Source of the DNA: Spartobacteria bacterium
GTDB taxonomy: Bacteria; Verrucomicrobiota; Verrucomicrobiia; Chthoniobacterales; Chthoniobacteraceae
Length of the DNA: 64,000 nucleotides
Reading direction: 5' to 3'
Assembly: GCA_043777315.1 (NCBI GenBank)
Contig: JAYVPW010000150.1
Span: forward strand, 1 to 64,000
Below, one piece after another: positions 1 to 10,578 of this stretch. Position 1 is the first letter of the stretch, and every line of letters starts with the position of its first letter. The notes below the pieces were generated by a model. That model saw only the letters and a program-made list of their open reading frames with translations, was not told the origin of the DNA and ran no database searches. A program made the position numbers and the translations under genes.

Positions 1-182
1 GCCGTCCTGAGCTTGATTGGCCGCCCGTGGATGCACGCTCAACTAAACGCTTCGCACTGCAATCGAGAGTCATGTTGATTTAGCGAGATGGTATGAGGCG
101 GTTGCACTTCGGTATCTTGCCGAGGATCCGCAAAAGGCGGAAGGGATGGCCGAGCGCAACGTGAGAGATTTCGTGCAACGCG

Positions 183-715
183 ATGCATGTCACTTGTCCC
201 ACGCTCAGGGGTCGCACCACTCCGGGTTGTAAGGGAGGCGGGAGAAAGGTGAAGGTGCGCTCTTATTCGATGATCGCTTCGGGGCCGTCGCCGGCCCAGC
301 CGACGAGGGAGGTGAAGGTGGCGTGGGTCGGGTCGGCTTTTTGGGCGGTGATTTTTCGAGGATTTGGCCGCGGTCTTTCATGTTCCAGCGGTCGTAGGTC
401 TCGCCGTTGACGCGATTTCATTCAGTCGATGAGGATGCCGCGGTGGTGGGTGAACTCCGCCGGGGCTTTGGTGATCGGTTCTTTGCGTCGGCGTCCATGA
501 CGTGGAGGTAGGGTTTATAATTGATGGGCGTTTTCTGGCGTCGAGACATCGTGCGAGTACATGTAGCGCGCAATGGGTTTGCTCTTGGCGAGGATGTCGA
601 AGTGGTCGGCGGGGGTGTCGCGGAAGGAGAAGGCGGGGTCGGCGGCGAGGGCGGAGGTGAGCGCTGTAGCGGCGGCGACAAAAATGGCGGTAAGAAATTT
701 TATGCGCTCTTTCAT
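183..715 (-). pseudogene. degraded ORF for a secreted protein: an intact signal peptide (MKERIKFLTAIFVAAATALTSALA, start 715) is followed by a premature stop at 515; downstream protein-like segments continue in all three frames
   Basis: minus-strand translation of 263-715 shows protein-like stretches (NRVNGETYDRWNMKDRGQILEK, ITAQKADPTHATFTSLVGWAGDGPEAIIE) in shifted frames. Confidence 0.25.
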
Positions 716-951
716 CCAGGTTGAGAGGTGGCACCGTTTTTGAGGAAGGCAGACGGAGTTGGACCAATCCGGAAGAGAGTCAACTCGGAGGGAGTTTTGC
801 TTGCCCTTGAATTGTGCGGCAAAAGTATGGGCGATTTTGTTTTTTGACTGCGGATTGCGCGGATGAACGCAGATACTCGGAGCGTTCATCTGCGTGATTC
901 GCAGTGGTTTTTGACTCTCTTTCCCCGTTTTTCAGGGCAGGGCGCGGGTGA

Positions 952-1012
952 GGGGGAAATAGTTAGAGGTCCTTCGACTGCGCCCGCAAAGCCGGGCTTC
1001 GCTCAGGATGAC
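952..1012 (+). repeat. family-B ~60-nt repeat (GGGGGAAATAGTTAGAGGTCCTTCGACTGCGCCCGCAAAGCCGGGCTTCGCTCAGGATGAC), copy 1
   Basis: near-identical copies at 3213-3273 and 5409-5459, and two inverted copies at 49005-49137; lies just 3' of the flotillin gene. Confidence 0.8.
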
Positions 1013-1049
1013 GGCGGAGGCTGGGAGCTTCCGCTCCGGTCGGTTTGCT

Positions 1050-3128
1050 CTACGTTCTTCCGGGGGCTTTGGCTTGGGAGTCCGCGACGACTTTTTCGAG
1101 GGCGGCGAGGTCGGTGGGGGACTCGGCGATTTTGATGCCGGATTTTTCGGAGACGAGGAGGGCGACGAGGGTGTTGAGGAGGCTGAGGGAGGTGTTTTCG
1201 CCTTTGCCGTCGGAGCCGGTGATGAAGACGCGCTCGGGGACGAGGGGCTGGGTGCTTTTGCTGAACTCGGTGGTGAGGTGGTTCAGCGCGAAGAGGCGGG
1301 CGTCGCCGTAGGCTTTGATTTTTTGGAGAAAGACGGCGGCTTCCGCGAGGCCGGTTTTGGTGATGCGGGCGGCTTCGCCTTCGCCGTAGAGCGTTTGGGA
1401 TTGGGCCTGGCCTTCGGCGAGGGCGACGTCGCGTTTTGCAAGGCGTTGGGCGTTGGCGAGTTCGGCTTCGCCGCGGTTGGCGGCGACTTCGATTTCGATG
1501 CGGGATTGCGTGAGCTCGCGCTCTTTTTCGGCGGCGGCCTGGTGTTTGTTCAGCTCTTTGAGGTGCTGGGCGGCTTCCTGTTGTTTGGCGTAGGTTTCGC
1601 GCTGTTCCTGGGCGAGGCGGCGGACGCGGAGTTGGTCGAAAAGGGTTTCGATCGGATCGACTCCGCCGGCCATGAGGCGGCCGGTTTCAGGGCGGCCGAT
1701 GAGGACGGCGACGCAGTTGATGTCGAACTCGGTGAAGCGGCGGCCGAGTTCTTCGGTGGCGCGTTTTTGGATTTCTTCGCGGTGGGTGAGGAGGTCGAGC
1801 ATGTTGCTGCTCTGCGCCACGTCGCGGAAGTAGGCGGTGAGGACGGGGTCGAGCGTCTGCGTGATGAGGCGCTTCACGTCGCCGAAGCGCTGGATGACGC
1901 TGGGCGCTTTTTGGTAGTCGATGTGGAGGACGAGCGAGAGCGGGAGGAGCGGCTCGTAGCCGTCGGCGGTGATCATCTCGATGCTGGCGAGATCTTTGTC
2001 GTACTGATGTGCCTCGGCCTGGCCGGTGATCCAGCGGAGGACGAAATTGACAGTCGGGACGTGCTCGACTTTCAGGGCGTAGGGATTGAGCGCGTATTTT
2101 CCGGGCGGGAGCGCGCGTTTCCAGACGCCCTTTTCGCCGGACTCGACCTGTTCGCCGTAGCGGAAATCTTTGCCGGTCACGTCCGAGCCCTGTGCGCCGT
2201 AATAGCTGACGACGACGCCGACGTAGCCGATCGGAATCAGCGTCTTCGACTTGATCTCGACGGTGGCAAACCAGCGGTTGATGAAGAATGTGCCGTCGGT
2301 GAGGACCTGGAGTTGGCGGCCGCGTTTTCCGCCGAGGGCGAGGAAACGCTCGGTGTCCTGGAAGTAGTTGTGATCGGGCTCGCCGGGCGGTGCGACGATT
2401 TCGGGGGCGATGATTTCGCCCGACGCGATGGTCGGTCCGTCATGCACGGCGACGACGCCGATGGTGTCGGCGGCGAGGAGGTCGGCGGCTTCTTTTTGCT
2501 CGGCGGGCGAGAGCGCGCCGGGGAGGTCGGGCGGGGAGGTGGCGCGGTCGGCGCGGCGCACTCCGCCGATGACGACGGGGCGGAATCCGTCCTTCGCGCG
2601 GAGCTCTTCCTGCCACTGCGCGTACATGTCCACCCGCTCGCCGAGGCCCGCGTAGACACGATCTTCGGTGATCACGACGAAGAGCGACGTGTTGATGGCG
2701 AAGACGCCTTCGCGCAAAATCGCGCGCTGTCGGCCGCGCTGGCCGCCGTTGTGGATGAAGGCGTCGGCGTCCTGGAAATAGTTGGATTCGACGACCTGGC
2801 CGAGCGTCTGGGTGGGAGAAAGCGGGGCGCCGTCGCGGGCATAGACGTAGCCGATGCGGCCCTCGGCGACGGTGACGAGCGGCATTTCGTGGATGCGGAA
2901 TTGCCACGGAAAAAACCAGAATTGCAGGCCGCCGCGGAGGAGCCGCGTCTGGTATCCGGCCTCGCCATTGAGCGCGATGATGCGGCCTTCCGCGAGGGAG
3001 CCGCGGCTCGACCAAAGCTTTTCGATGACGCCGACTTTTTGGTGGGGAATGTAGCGGAGGCCGGTAACCCAGAGGACGAGAAGCGCGACGACGGCGATGA
3101 TGGCGAGGACGACGATGAGGGAGCCCAT
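1050..3128 (-). CDS. SPFH/band-7 (flotillin/YqiK-like) membrane protein, 692 aa
   Basis: N-terminal TM helix (IVVLAIIAVVALLVLWV), SPFH-like core, C-terminal Ala/Glu/Gln-rich coiled coil typical of flotillins. Confidence 0.75.
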   Translation of the reverse strand: MGSLIVVLAIIAVVALLVLWVTGLRYIPHQKVGVIEKLWSSRGSLAEGRIIALNGEAGYQTRLLRGGLQFWFFPWQFRIHEMPLVTVAEGRIGYVYARDGAPLSPTQTLGQVVESNYFQDADAFIHNGGQRGRQRAILREGVFAINTSLFVVITEDRVYAGLGERVDMYAQWQEELRAKDGFRPVVIGGVRRADRATSPPDLPGALSPAEQKEAADLLAADTIGVVAVHDGPTIASGEIIAPEIVAPPGEPDHNYFQDTERFLALGGKRGRQLQVLTDGTFFINRWFATVEIKSKTLIPIGYVGVVVSYYGAQGSDVTGKDFRYGEQVESGEKGVWKRALPPGKYALNPYALKVEHVPTVNFVLRWITGQAEAHQYDKDLASIEMITADGYEPLLPLSLVLHIDYQKAPSVIQRFGDVKRLITQTLDPVLTAYFRDVAQSSNMLDLLTHREEIQKRATEELGRRFTEFDINCVAVLIGRPETGRLMAGGVDPIETLFDQLRVRRLAQEQRETYAKQQEAAQHLKELNKHQAAAEKERELTQSRIEIEVAANRGEAELANAQRLAKRDVALAEGQAQSQTLYGEGEAARITKTGLAEAAVFLQKIKAYGDARLFALNHLTTEFSKSTQPLVPERVFITGSDGKGENTSLSLLNTLVALLVSEKSGIKIAESPTDLAALEKVVADSQAKAPGRT

Positions 3129-3212
3129 GATTTTTTTGGAGGTTGAGTGGGGAAGTGTTGAGGGTCGGGCGGGAAAGACAAGCGGGCGTGAGGCGGGGCG
3201 GCGCGTCCCGTC

Positions 3213-3273
3213 GGGGGAAATAGTTAGAGGTCCTTCGACTGCGCCCGCAGAGCCGGGCTTCGCTCAGGATGAC
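3213..3273 (+). repeat. family-B repeat, copy 2 (divergent promoter region between the flotillin and FAH genes)
   Basis: sequence identity to 952-1012. Confidence 0.8.
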
Positions 3274-3371
3274 ACGGAAGGCTTTGACGCGTGCCGAGAT
3301 GTGCGCGCGGAAATGAATTTTGAGCTTCGGAATCGCGCGGGGAAATCGGAGAAGCGGCGGAGATTATCGCC

Positions 3372-4208
3372 ATGAAAATCACTCGTTTCCGATCTCCCGA
3401 CGGCTCCATCGGTTTCGCCAAAATGGATGCGGACGGGACGGCGCATCGGTTGCGAGGTGGCTTGTTTACAGGGTTTGAGGAGACGGGGGAGGCCGTGGAG
3501 ATCGCGAAGATTCTCGCGCCGGTGGAGCCGGTGGCGCTGCTTTGCATCGGGCTGAATTATCGGCAGCACGCGGCGGAGACGGGGGCGGCGCTGCCGGAGT
3601 GGCCGGTGCTTTTTATGAAGGCGATCAGCTCGGTGCAGAATCCGGGCGATCCGATTGTGCTGCCGCGGTGGATGCGGAGCGGGAAGGTGGATTTCGAATG
3701 CGAGCTGGCGGTGGTGATCGGGCGGGCGTGCAAGAATGTCCGGCGCGAGGAGGCGCTCGATTACGTGCTCGGCTACATGTGCGCGAATGATGTGAGCGCG
3801 CGGGATTGGCAGAAGGAGGGCGGCGGGTCGCAGTGGTGCCGGGGGAAGAGCTTCGACACGTTTTGTCCGCTCGGTCCGGTGCTGGTCACGGCGGACGAAA
3901 TCCCGGACCCTGGCGCGCTGCGGATTCGCACGATCGTGAGCGGCGAGGTGATGCAGGATTGCGCGACGAGCGACATGATTTTCGACGTGCCGGCGTTGAT
4001 CGAATTCCTCAGCGGGAGCACGACGCTTCTGCCGGGGACGGTGATTCTGACGGGCACTCCGCACGGGGTCGGGATGGCGCGGAAGCCGCCCCGGTTCTTG
4101 ATTCCCGGCGATCGAGTGGTGGTGGAAATCGCGGAGATCGGGGCGCTGGAAAACCCGGTCGTCGGAGAGGACGCCGCTGAGGGTTCGCGGTTTGCGTTGC
4201 CGGGTTGA
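3372..4208 (+). CDS. fumarylacetoacetate hydrolase (FAH) family protein
   Basis: FAH-family fold motifs (ECELAVVIG, ILTGTPHGVG); 278 aa. Confidence 0.8.
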   Translation: MKITRFRSPDGSIGFAKMDADGTAHRLRGGLFTGFEETGEAVEIAKILAPVEPVALLCIGLNYRQHAAETGAALPEWPVLFMKAISSVQNPGDPIVLPRWMRSGKVDFECELAVVIGRACKNVRREEALDYVLGYMCANDVSARDWQKEGGGSQWCRGKSFDTFCPLGPVLVTADEIPDPGALRIRTIVSGEVMQDCATSDMIFDVPALIEFLSGSTTLLPGTVILTGTPHGVGMARKPPRFLIPGDRVVVEIAEIGALENPVVGEDAAEGSRFALPG

Positions 4209-4431
4209 GCGCGGTGGCGCGTCCTTGAGAATTCATTAGTCCGAGGAGGAGGAGCGCCCGCTTCCACCGCCCCGCCGGGGCGCATCGCTTTCTTCCGTCG
4301 TCCGGTGGCTGACGCCACCGGCTAATTTCCGGAGGCCCTCCGGGCCAGGCGATCCGGAAACGACTTGGCAAGCGCTCTCATCGCCAAAGGCCCCCCGAGC
4401 TAAGGTCTGGAAACGTCGTTCGGCATTTGCG

Positions 4432-4791
4432 CTACGGATCGGAAACGGGCTCGCGGGGCGCGGGGCGGAGGGAGCGGACGAGGTGGTGCATTTCGAGGGC
4501 GGAGGACTGGATGAGGTCGCTGAAAGCGGCGATTTCCGCGGCGGCGGCGGGGCAAATGGGCTCGTATTTTCGCGCGAGGACGGCGGCCATGAGGTGCATC
4601 CCGCTGAGGCTTTGGCTGATGGTGTCGTGCAGGGTTTGCGCGAGCCGTTCCTGCTCGCGGCTGGCGGCGGCGAGGATGCCGCATTCGAGGCGGGCGCTTC
4701 TCGCCTTTTCCTCGGCGAGCTCGGCGGTCAGTTCGCGGAGCTGTTGGCTGAGGGCGGTCGCGGGTTCATCGGGAGAGGGTGGGGTGGACAT
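4432..4791 (-). CDS. stand-alone histidine-kinase dimerisation/phosphoacceptor (HisKA_3-like DHp) protein lacking an ATPase domain, ~119 aa
   Basis: H-box-like EQERLAQTLHDTISQSL; ATG at 4791; no HATPase_c anywhere downstream. Confidence 0.5.
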   Translation of the reverse strand: MSTPPSPDEPATALSQQLRELTAELAEEKARSARLECGILAAASREQERLAQTLHDTISQSLSGMHLMAAVLARKYEPICPAAAAEIAAFSDLIQSSALEMHHLVRSLRPAPREPVSDP

Positions 4792-4841
4792 GGGCGGAGT
4801 CGCGCGGAGTGGTCCGGGCGATGCCGGGAGGGTCGGAAATT

Positions 4842-5239
4842 TTAGCGGTGCGGCGCAAGTTCCCTCGCGGCTTGCGCGAGGATGGCGTCGAGGTCTTTCG
4901 GGACGAAGGGCTTCAGCAAGTGGTGACGGAATCCGGCGGCTTCGCTTTTCCGCCGGTCGGCGTTCATCCCGAAGCCGCTCATGGCGATGGCGAAAATCGG
5001 TTGCGGCAGCCGGGCGCGGCGGAGCAAATCCCAGCCGTCGCCGTCCGGCAGTCCGATGTCGCTGATGAGCACGTCGCAGTCGGCGCCGGGCAGGTCGGCG
5101 AGGGCGCTTTCGAGAGTGCCGGCGGAAAGGACGGCGTGGCCCATTTGCTCGAGGTAAAGGGTGAGCCACTTCAGCGTGTCGGCGTGGTTTTCCACGACGA
5201 AAATGCGGAGTGGGGGCGTGGCGGGAGTCGAGGGGTTCA
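4842..5239 (-). CDS. single-domain response regulator (CheY-like receiver only)
   Basis: RIFVVENHADTL...DVLISDIGLPDGDGWDLL...LLKPF receiver motifs; ATG at 5239. Confidence 0.8.
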
Positions 5240-5408
5240 TGCTCTCGGGGACATCGCGGGACGCTGGGGGAGGTGCCGTGGGGCGGAGGGATGAGCGGGG
5301 CGTCGGGGCGGTGCGTGGGATTTGTTCCGGAGTCCTTCGGAGCGCAGCGCGTACGAAGTCGAAGAAAGTCTCTCGATTTCCCCCGCCGGACGCGCGGGTG
5401 GGGGAAAA

Positions 5409-5459
5409 GTAAGAGGTCCTTCGACTTCGCTGCGCTGCGCTCAGGATGACGGGGAAGGC
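5409..5459 (+). repeat. family-B repeat, copy 3 (shorter variant), overlapping the 3' end of the kinase gene
   Basis: GGGGGAAAAGTAAGAGGTCCTTCGAC...GCTCAGGATGAC. Confidence 0.7.
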
Positions 5460-8400
5460 TGCACGCTGGGGCGGGGGGATTCGTCTCCGAGCGGGAGCTC
5501 GACGGTGAAAGTCGCGCCTTTTCCGGGGCCGGGGCTGGCGGCGAGGAGCTGGCCGCCGTGGCCGAGGATGGTGGCTTTCGAGATCGCGAGGCCGAGGCCG
5601 AGGCCACCGAATTCGCGGGCGATGGAGGGGTCGGCCTGCTCGAAGGGATTGAAGATTTTCGGGATGACCCCGGCTTCGATCCCGATGCCGTTGTCGGTGA
5701 TTTCGACGACGATGCAGTCGCGCTCGTTCCGAGATCGGAGGGTGATTTCGCCCCCGCCTGGCGTGAATTTCGACGCGTTTTTGAGGAGGTTCCAGAACAC
5801 CTGCTGGAGCCGGCAGATGTCGCCGGTGAGCCGGTATTCGCCGGCGTCGAGCGCGATGCTGAGGCGCTGTTTTTTTTCCTCGAAGTCCGCGGCACTGACT
5901 TCCACCGCGCCTCGCACCGCCGCGTGCAAATCCATCGGCTCGCGGATGAGCTCGAGTTTGCCTTTCGCGATGCGGGTGAGGTCGAGCATGTCGTCGATGA
6001 AATGCGCTTCGATCTGGATATTGCGCTCGATCATTTCGAGGCCGCTGCGCAGCGACTCCGGCAGATCTTTGCAGCGCCTCATCGTCTCCACGGCCATGAG
6101 CACGGGAGTGAGCGGGGTGCGCAGCTCGTGCGAGAGGACGGCGAGGAAGTGATCTTTGGCGAGCGTGGCGGCCTCGGCGTCGGCTCGAGCGCGTTCGTTT
6201 TCCTGGAGTGCCTCCCACAGTTGCGCGCGGCTTTCCTCGAGCGCTTCGCTGGCGGCGCGCGCCTCTGTCTGGTCGCGGAAAATTTCCACCAAGCCGACCG
6301 ATTGGCCCGTCCCGTCGTGCATCGCCATCATCACGCCGCTGCCCCAGAACCGGCTCCCATCCTTGCGCAGATGCCAGCGTTCGTCGGTCGCCCGGCCGAC
6401 GGCGAGCGCGGTCTCCGCCTCGCGCGCGCAGGCGCCGGATTCGCGGTCTTCCGGGGTGAAAATCACGTCGGCGGGCTGCCCGAGGATCTCCGCCTCGGTG
6501 TAGCCGAGGAGGCGTTGCGCGCCGGAATTCCAGCCGGTGATCCGCCGCTCCTGATCCATGGAAAAGATCGCGTAATCGCGCGCATTTTCGACCACGAGCC
6601 GCAGCCGCTCCTCGCTCACCCGCAGCGCCTCCTCGCTCCGCTGGCGCTCGGTGATATCGACGAAGGTGAGCACCGCCCCGGCGATCACATCCTCGGTCGT
6701 GCGATACGGGCGCAGCCGGGCGAGGAAACAGTTGCCCGACGGCGCGCTCACTTCCCGCTCGATGGGGGTGAGCGTCTCCAGCACGCGCACGGCGTCCGCG
6801 GCGAGCTCCGGATAATCGAGCCGGTGCTGGAGGTCGGCGAGCGGGCGGCCGACGTCGCCGGGGATGAGATTGAAAAGCGCGATCGCCGGCGGGGTGTAAC
6901 GCGCGATGCGGAGTTCGCGGTCGAGGAAGACCGTGGCGATGGCGGTGGCCGACATCAGGTTCTGCAGGTCGCTGTTGGTGTGCGCGAGCTCCTCGATGTT
7001 GCTCTTCAGCTCCTGGTTCACGGTCGTCAGCTCTTCGTTGACCGACTGCAATTCCTCGCGCCCGGTCTCGAGTTCTTCGGTGGCGGAACGCAGCTCTTCG
7101 TTCATCGCCTGGAGCTCTTCGTTGCTGGCTTTTAGCTCCTCGGTCGAGGTCTCGTATTGCTCCACCGTCTCGCGCAGCCGCGATTTCACCTGCTCGATTT
7201 CGCGCTCGAGATGCCGGATCGCGGGCTCATCCTCCACGCGCGAGAGCGCCGTCTGTTCGTTCGGATTTTCACGCAGCGACAGGACGACGAGCAGATAATC
7301 CGGCGCGATGTCCTGCGCCGGCGCGACGCGGAGATCGACGGCGTGCAGCGTCCCATCGAGGTCCACGGGCACGCGGAAAACCTCCACCGCCGAGCTCGTC
7401 TGCACCGCGCGAAAGAGCGCCGCCCGCAGCTCCACCCGCAGCATCGGGTGGACGACCTGGAGCAGATTCACGCTCGGCGTGCCGCCGCTGAAGTGGAGAA
7501 ACCGGCCCGCATTCTCCGAGATGTGGACGATGTGGTAGTCGCGATCGACGATCAGCGACGGCGGGGCGAAACGCTCGATCAGCTTGAAATGCAGCTCCTC
7601 CCACGAGACGCGGTGTGCGTCGGAATTGGCGTTCTCTTTCGCCTGCGCCGCCTTGCCGGGAGCAACGAAGGCAGCGCCGTGGATGAACGGCCCGTGGCTC
7701 GCGTGATCCCGCGCCTCCAGCGCCCGCCGCAGCGCGCTGCTGCCCGTGGGAAGCGACACCGTCACGCGCGCGTCCGAGCACTTCGTGTAGATGCGGTGCG
7801 TCTTGTCGAGGAGGGTGTAGAGCCCGCTCTCCTCGTCCATCGTTTCCGAGGCGCCGAGGAAGAGCCGCCCGCCTTTGCGCAGCGCGAAATGGAAGATCTC
7901 GCAGGCGCGCATCTGCGCCTCGCGCGTGAGGTAGATGAGCAGGTTCCGGCAGGTGATGAGGTCGAGCCGGGAGAACGGCGAATCGCGCAGCAGATCATGC
8001 ACGGCAAAGAGCACCATCTCGCGCAGGTCGCGCCGAACGCGGTAGCCGTGCGGCTCTTTCACAAAAAAGCGCCGGAGCCGCTCGTCGGTGACATCGGCGG
8101 TGATGGTCGTCGGATAAACTCCGTCGCGCGCGCTCGCGATCGACTCTTCGTCGAGGTCGGTGGCAAAGACTTGGATGGCGGGCGGATTTTCCAGCCGCCC
8201 GGCATACTCGCAGAGCAGCATCGCGACGGAATAGGCCTCCTCGCCGGTGGCGCACGCGGCGGTCCAGACGCGCAGAGTGTCGCCCGATTTTTTGCCGGAA
8301 AAGAGCTCCGGTATTCCAGCCTCCAGCGCCTCGAAGGCGCCGCGATCGCGGAAAAAATTCGTCACGCTGATCAGCAAATCCTGGAGCAGCGCGCCCGCCT

Positions 8401-9334
8401 CGCCGGGATGCGTGCGCATGAAATCGAGGTAGGCGGGGAGCTCTGTGACCGCGTTCACCTGCATCCGGCGCGCGATGCGGCGCAGGATCGTGGCGCGTTT
8501 ATAATAGGTGAAGTCGCGGCCCGTCCGCGCGCGCAGGAACGAAAGCACCTCGCGTAGCGCTACTTCCTTCCCGCTCGCGTCCGTCGGTGGCGGCTCCGCT
8601 GGCTGCGGGCCCTCCTCCGGCGGCAGCTTCAGGCGTTGCGCGGTATCCTGATATTCCAGCAGCCGCTGCGGCATCTGCGCGACGCGGAGCACCCAATCGA
8701 CCATCCCCGTGGCGATCGCCGATTGCGGCATGCTGGAATGTTCCGCCTCGTCGGGATCCTGCGCGATGGTCAGCCCGCCGCGCTCCTTGATCCGCTTGAT
8801 TCCGAGCGCCCCGTCGCCATCGGCGCCCGAGAGAACGATCGCCGCCGAGTGCGGCCCGTGCGAGTCGGCGAGCGAGCGGAAAAAGAGATCGAGGGTGACC
8901 CGCCGGCCCCGCTCGTGATCCATCTCCGAGAGCTGCAAAATGCCATCGACCGCGGAGAGATGCTTGCCGGGCGGGATGACGTAAACGCAGTTCGCGCGCA
9001 CCTCGATGCGATCGGTGGCCTGCACCACCGGCATCGTCGTCGCCCGGCCCAGCACCTCCGCCATCGTGCTCTCGTGGCCGGGGGCAAGGTGGAGGACCAC
9101 GACGAAAACCAAACCGCTCTCCGCCGGCATCGCGTTGAAAAACTCTTGCAGCGCCCGCACGCTCCCCGCCGATCCGCCGAGCCCGACCATCGGCAGCATT
9201 TGGTAGCCGTACGCCGGCACGGAATTGTCGATCTCCGACGCGAGCTCCTCCTCGACATGATCCGGCGCGAGTTCGGGCAGGCCGGTGTGATCCGGGACAT
9301 TCGCGGGAGGGAGCGGCGGTTCCGGGACAGTCAT
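5441..9334 (-). CDS. CheB methylesterase - CheR methyltransferase - PAS - coiled coil - PAS - histidine kinase (HisKA+HATPase_c) fusion protein, 1297 aa
   Basis: CheB core (VGLGGSAGSVRAL...VVLHLAPGHES...GADGDGALGIKRIKERGG), CheR core (LRVWTAACATGEEAYSVAMLL), H-box HELRTPLTPV, G-box GGLGLGLAIS. Confidence 0.85.
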   Translation of the reverse strand: MTVPEPPLPPANVPDHTGLPELAPDHVEEELASEIDNSVPAYGYQMLPMVGLGGSAGSVRALQEFFNAMPAESGLVFVVVLHLAPGHESTMAEVLGRATTMPVVQATDRIEVRANCVYVIPPGKHLSAVDGILQLSEMDHERGRRVTLDLFFRSLADSHGPHSAAIVLSGADGDGALGIKRIKERGGLTIAQDPDEAEHSSMPQSAIATGMVDWVLRVAQMPQRLLEYQDTAQRLKLPPEEGPQPAEPPPTDASGKEVALREVLSFLRARTGRDFTYYKRATILRRIARRMQVNAVTELPAYLDFMRTHPGEAGALLQDLLISVTNFFRDRGAFEALEAGIPELFSGKKSGDTLRVWTAACATGEEAYSVAMLLCEYAGRLENPPAIQVFATDLDEESIASARDGVYPTTITADVTDERLRRFFVKEPHGYRVRRDLREMVLFAVHDLLRDSPFSRLDLITCRNLLIYLTREAQMRACEIFHFALRKGGRLFLGASETMDEESGLYTLLDKTHRIYTKCSDARVTVSLPTGSSALRRALEARDHASHGPFIHGAAFVAPGKAAQAKENANSDAHRVSWEELHFKLIERFAPPSLIVDRDYHIVHISENAGRFLHFSGGTPSVNLLQVVHPMLRVELRAALFRAVQTSSAVEVFRVPVDLDGTLHAVDLRVAPAQDIAPDYLLVVLSLRENPNEQTALSRVEDEPAIRHLEREIEQVKSRLRETVEQYETSTEELKASNEELQAMNEELRSATEELETGREELQSVNEELTTVNQELKSNIEELAHTNSDLQNLMSATAIATVFLDRELRIARYTPPAIALFNLIPGDVGRPLADLQHRLDYPELAADAVRVLETLTPIEREVSAPSGNCFLARLRPYRTTEDVIAGAVLTFVDITERQRSEEALRVSEERLRLVVENARDYAIFSMDQERRITGWNSGAQRLLGYTEAEILGQPADVIFTPEDRESGACAREAETALAVGRATDERWHLRKDGSRFWGSGVMMAMHDGTGQSVGLVEIFRDQTEARAASEALEESRAQLWEALQENERARADAEAATLAKDHFLAVLSHELRTPLTPVLMAVETMRRCKDLPESLRSGLEMIERNIQIEAHFIDDMLDLTRIAKGKLELIREPMDLHAAVRGAVEVSAADFEEKKQRLSIALDAGEYRLTGDICRLQQVFWNLLKNASKFTPGGGEITLRSRNERDCIVVEITDNGIGIEAGVIPKIFNPFEQADPSIAREFGGLGLGLAISKATILGHGGQLLAASPGPGKGATFTVELPLGDESPRPSVQPSPSS

Positions 9335-9446
9335 GTTTTTTCACTAAACCCGGAGGCGAAGCTTGGCGAGTTTTGCCGTCCCGCGCTTTTCGCGGGGAGT
9401 TGGAATACGAGGTAAGTTTTACCATGTTCGCGACTACCCGCACGCC

Positions 9447-10547
9447 ATGACCATCGCCATTCCGAAAGAAATCAAAGCCCAGGAATCCCGCGTCGCCCTC
9501 ACCCCCGGCGCGGCTTCGCAGCTCGTGAAACGCGGACACAGCGTGCTCGTCGAATCAAGCGCTGGAGCGGGCGCCGGGTTTTCCGACGCCGATTACGCCG
9601 CCGCCGGAGCCGAGCTCGTGAGCGAGCACGCGGAGCTTTTCGCGCGCGGTGATTTGGTCGTGAAAGTGAAGGAGCCGCTGCCGTCCGAATACCCGCTGTT
9701 GCGACCGGGCCAGCTCCTTTTCACCTACCTCCATCTTGCGGCAAACCGCGCGCTGACCGACGCGCTCATCGCCTCCGGCGTCACCGCCATCGCGTACGAA
9801 ACGATCGAGGTGAACCACCACCTCCCGCTGCTCGAGCCAATGAGCGAAATCGCGGGGCGCATGTCCGTCATCGTCGGCGGCTACTTTCTCGCGAAGCACT
9901 GCGGCGGCAGCGGCACCCTGCTCGCCGGCGTCCCCGGCGTGTTGCCGGGAAAAGTGGTCGTCCTCGGTGGCGGAGTCGCCGGCGTGAACGCCGCGCGCAT
10001 GGCCAGCGGCCTCGGCGCGGATGTCACGATTCTCGAGATCGACCTCGAGCGGATGCGTTTCCTCGACATGACTTTGCACGGCGTCCACACGCTTTATTCC
10101 GACGAGTCGCATCTCAGCGAACTGCTCCCCGCCGTGGACCTGCTCATCGGCGCGGTCCTCGTGCCCGGAGCGAAAGCCCCGAAGCTCATCACCCGCGAAA
10201 TGCTCCGCTGCATGAGGCCCGGCAGCGTGCTCGTGGACATCGCGGTGGACCAGGGAGGCTGCGCCGAAACCACCCGCCCGACCACGCATCACGACCCCGT
10301 TTTCGTCGAGGAAGGCGTCACGCATTACTGCGTCGCGAACATGCCCGGAGCCTACGCCCGCACCGCCACGCAAGCGCTCGTCAATGTCACGCACCGCTAC
10401 ATCGGCATCCTCGCCGACCACGGCCTCGCCGCCGCCTGCGACCGCCAGGCCTCGCTGCTGGGTGGAATCAACGTCATGCACGGGAACGTCACCCACCGCG
10501 CAGTCGCCGCCGCCCACGGCCTGCCCTTCGTGTCGCCCGTGCCGTAG
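9447..10547 (+). CDS. ald: alanine dehydrogenase
   Basis: [10 protein letters not shown]...Rossmann [14 protein letters not shown]; full-length AlaDH/PNT family architecture; start moved to ATG 9447 inside ORF 9363..10547. Confidence 0.85.
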   Translation: MTIAIPKEIKAQESRVALTPGAASQLVKRGHSVLVESSAGAGAGFSDADYAAAGAELVSEHAELFARGDLVVKVKEPLPSEYPLLRPGQLLFTYLHLAANRALTDALIASGVTAIAYETIEVNHHLPLLEPMSEIAGRMSVIVGGYFLAKHCGGSGTLLAGVPGVLPGKVVVLGGGVAGVNAARMASGLGADVTILEIDLERMRFLDMTLHGVHTLYSDESHLSELLPAVDLLIGAVLVPGAKAPKLITREMLRCMRPGSVLVDIAVDQGGCAETTRPTTHHDPVFVEEGVTHYCVANMPGAYARTATQALVNVTHRYIGILADHGLAAACDRQASLLGGINVMHGNVTHRAVAAAHGLPFVSPVP

Positions 10548-10578
10548 CGGCAGAAGGAGAAGCGGGCGAAGCCCAGCT

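Noticed and set aside
1008-3146. 712-aa plus-strand ORF antisense to the flotillin gene, with similar long antisense ORFs at 5558-7135, 7157-8557, 11133-12959, 19024-20691 (5' part), 22612-26004 (1130 aa), 28589-30217, 29700-31013, 34875-36656, 36517-38949, 42017-43267, 43631-44926, 47551-48960 and 58337-59314
   Set aside because: Their translations are Gly/Arg/Ala/Glu- or Arg/Pro-rich low complexity, typical of stop-poor antisense frames in 65%-GC DNA; each overlaps a gene with clear family motifs on the other strand.
4218-4431. Possible missing ATPase domain of the DHp-only protein downstream of its stop
   Set aside because: Only ~210 bp of non-coding sequence lie before the FAH gene, with no HATPase_c-like G-box motifs in any frame.
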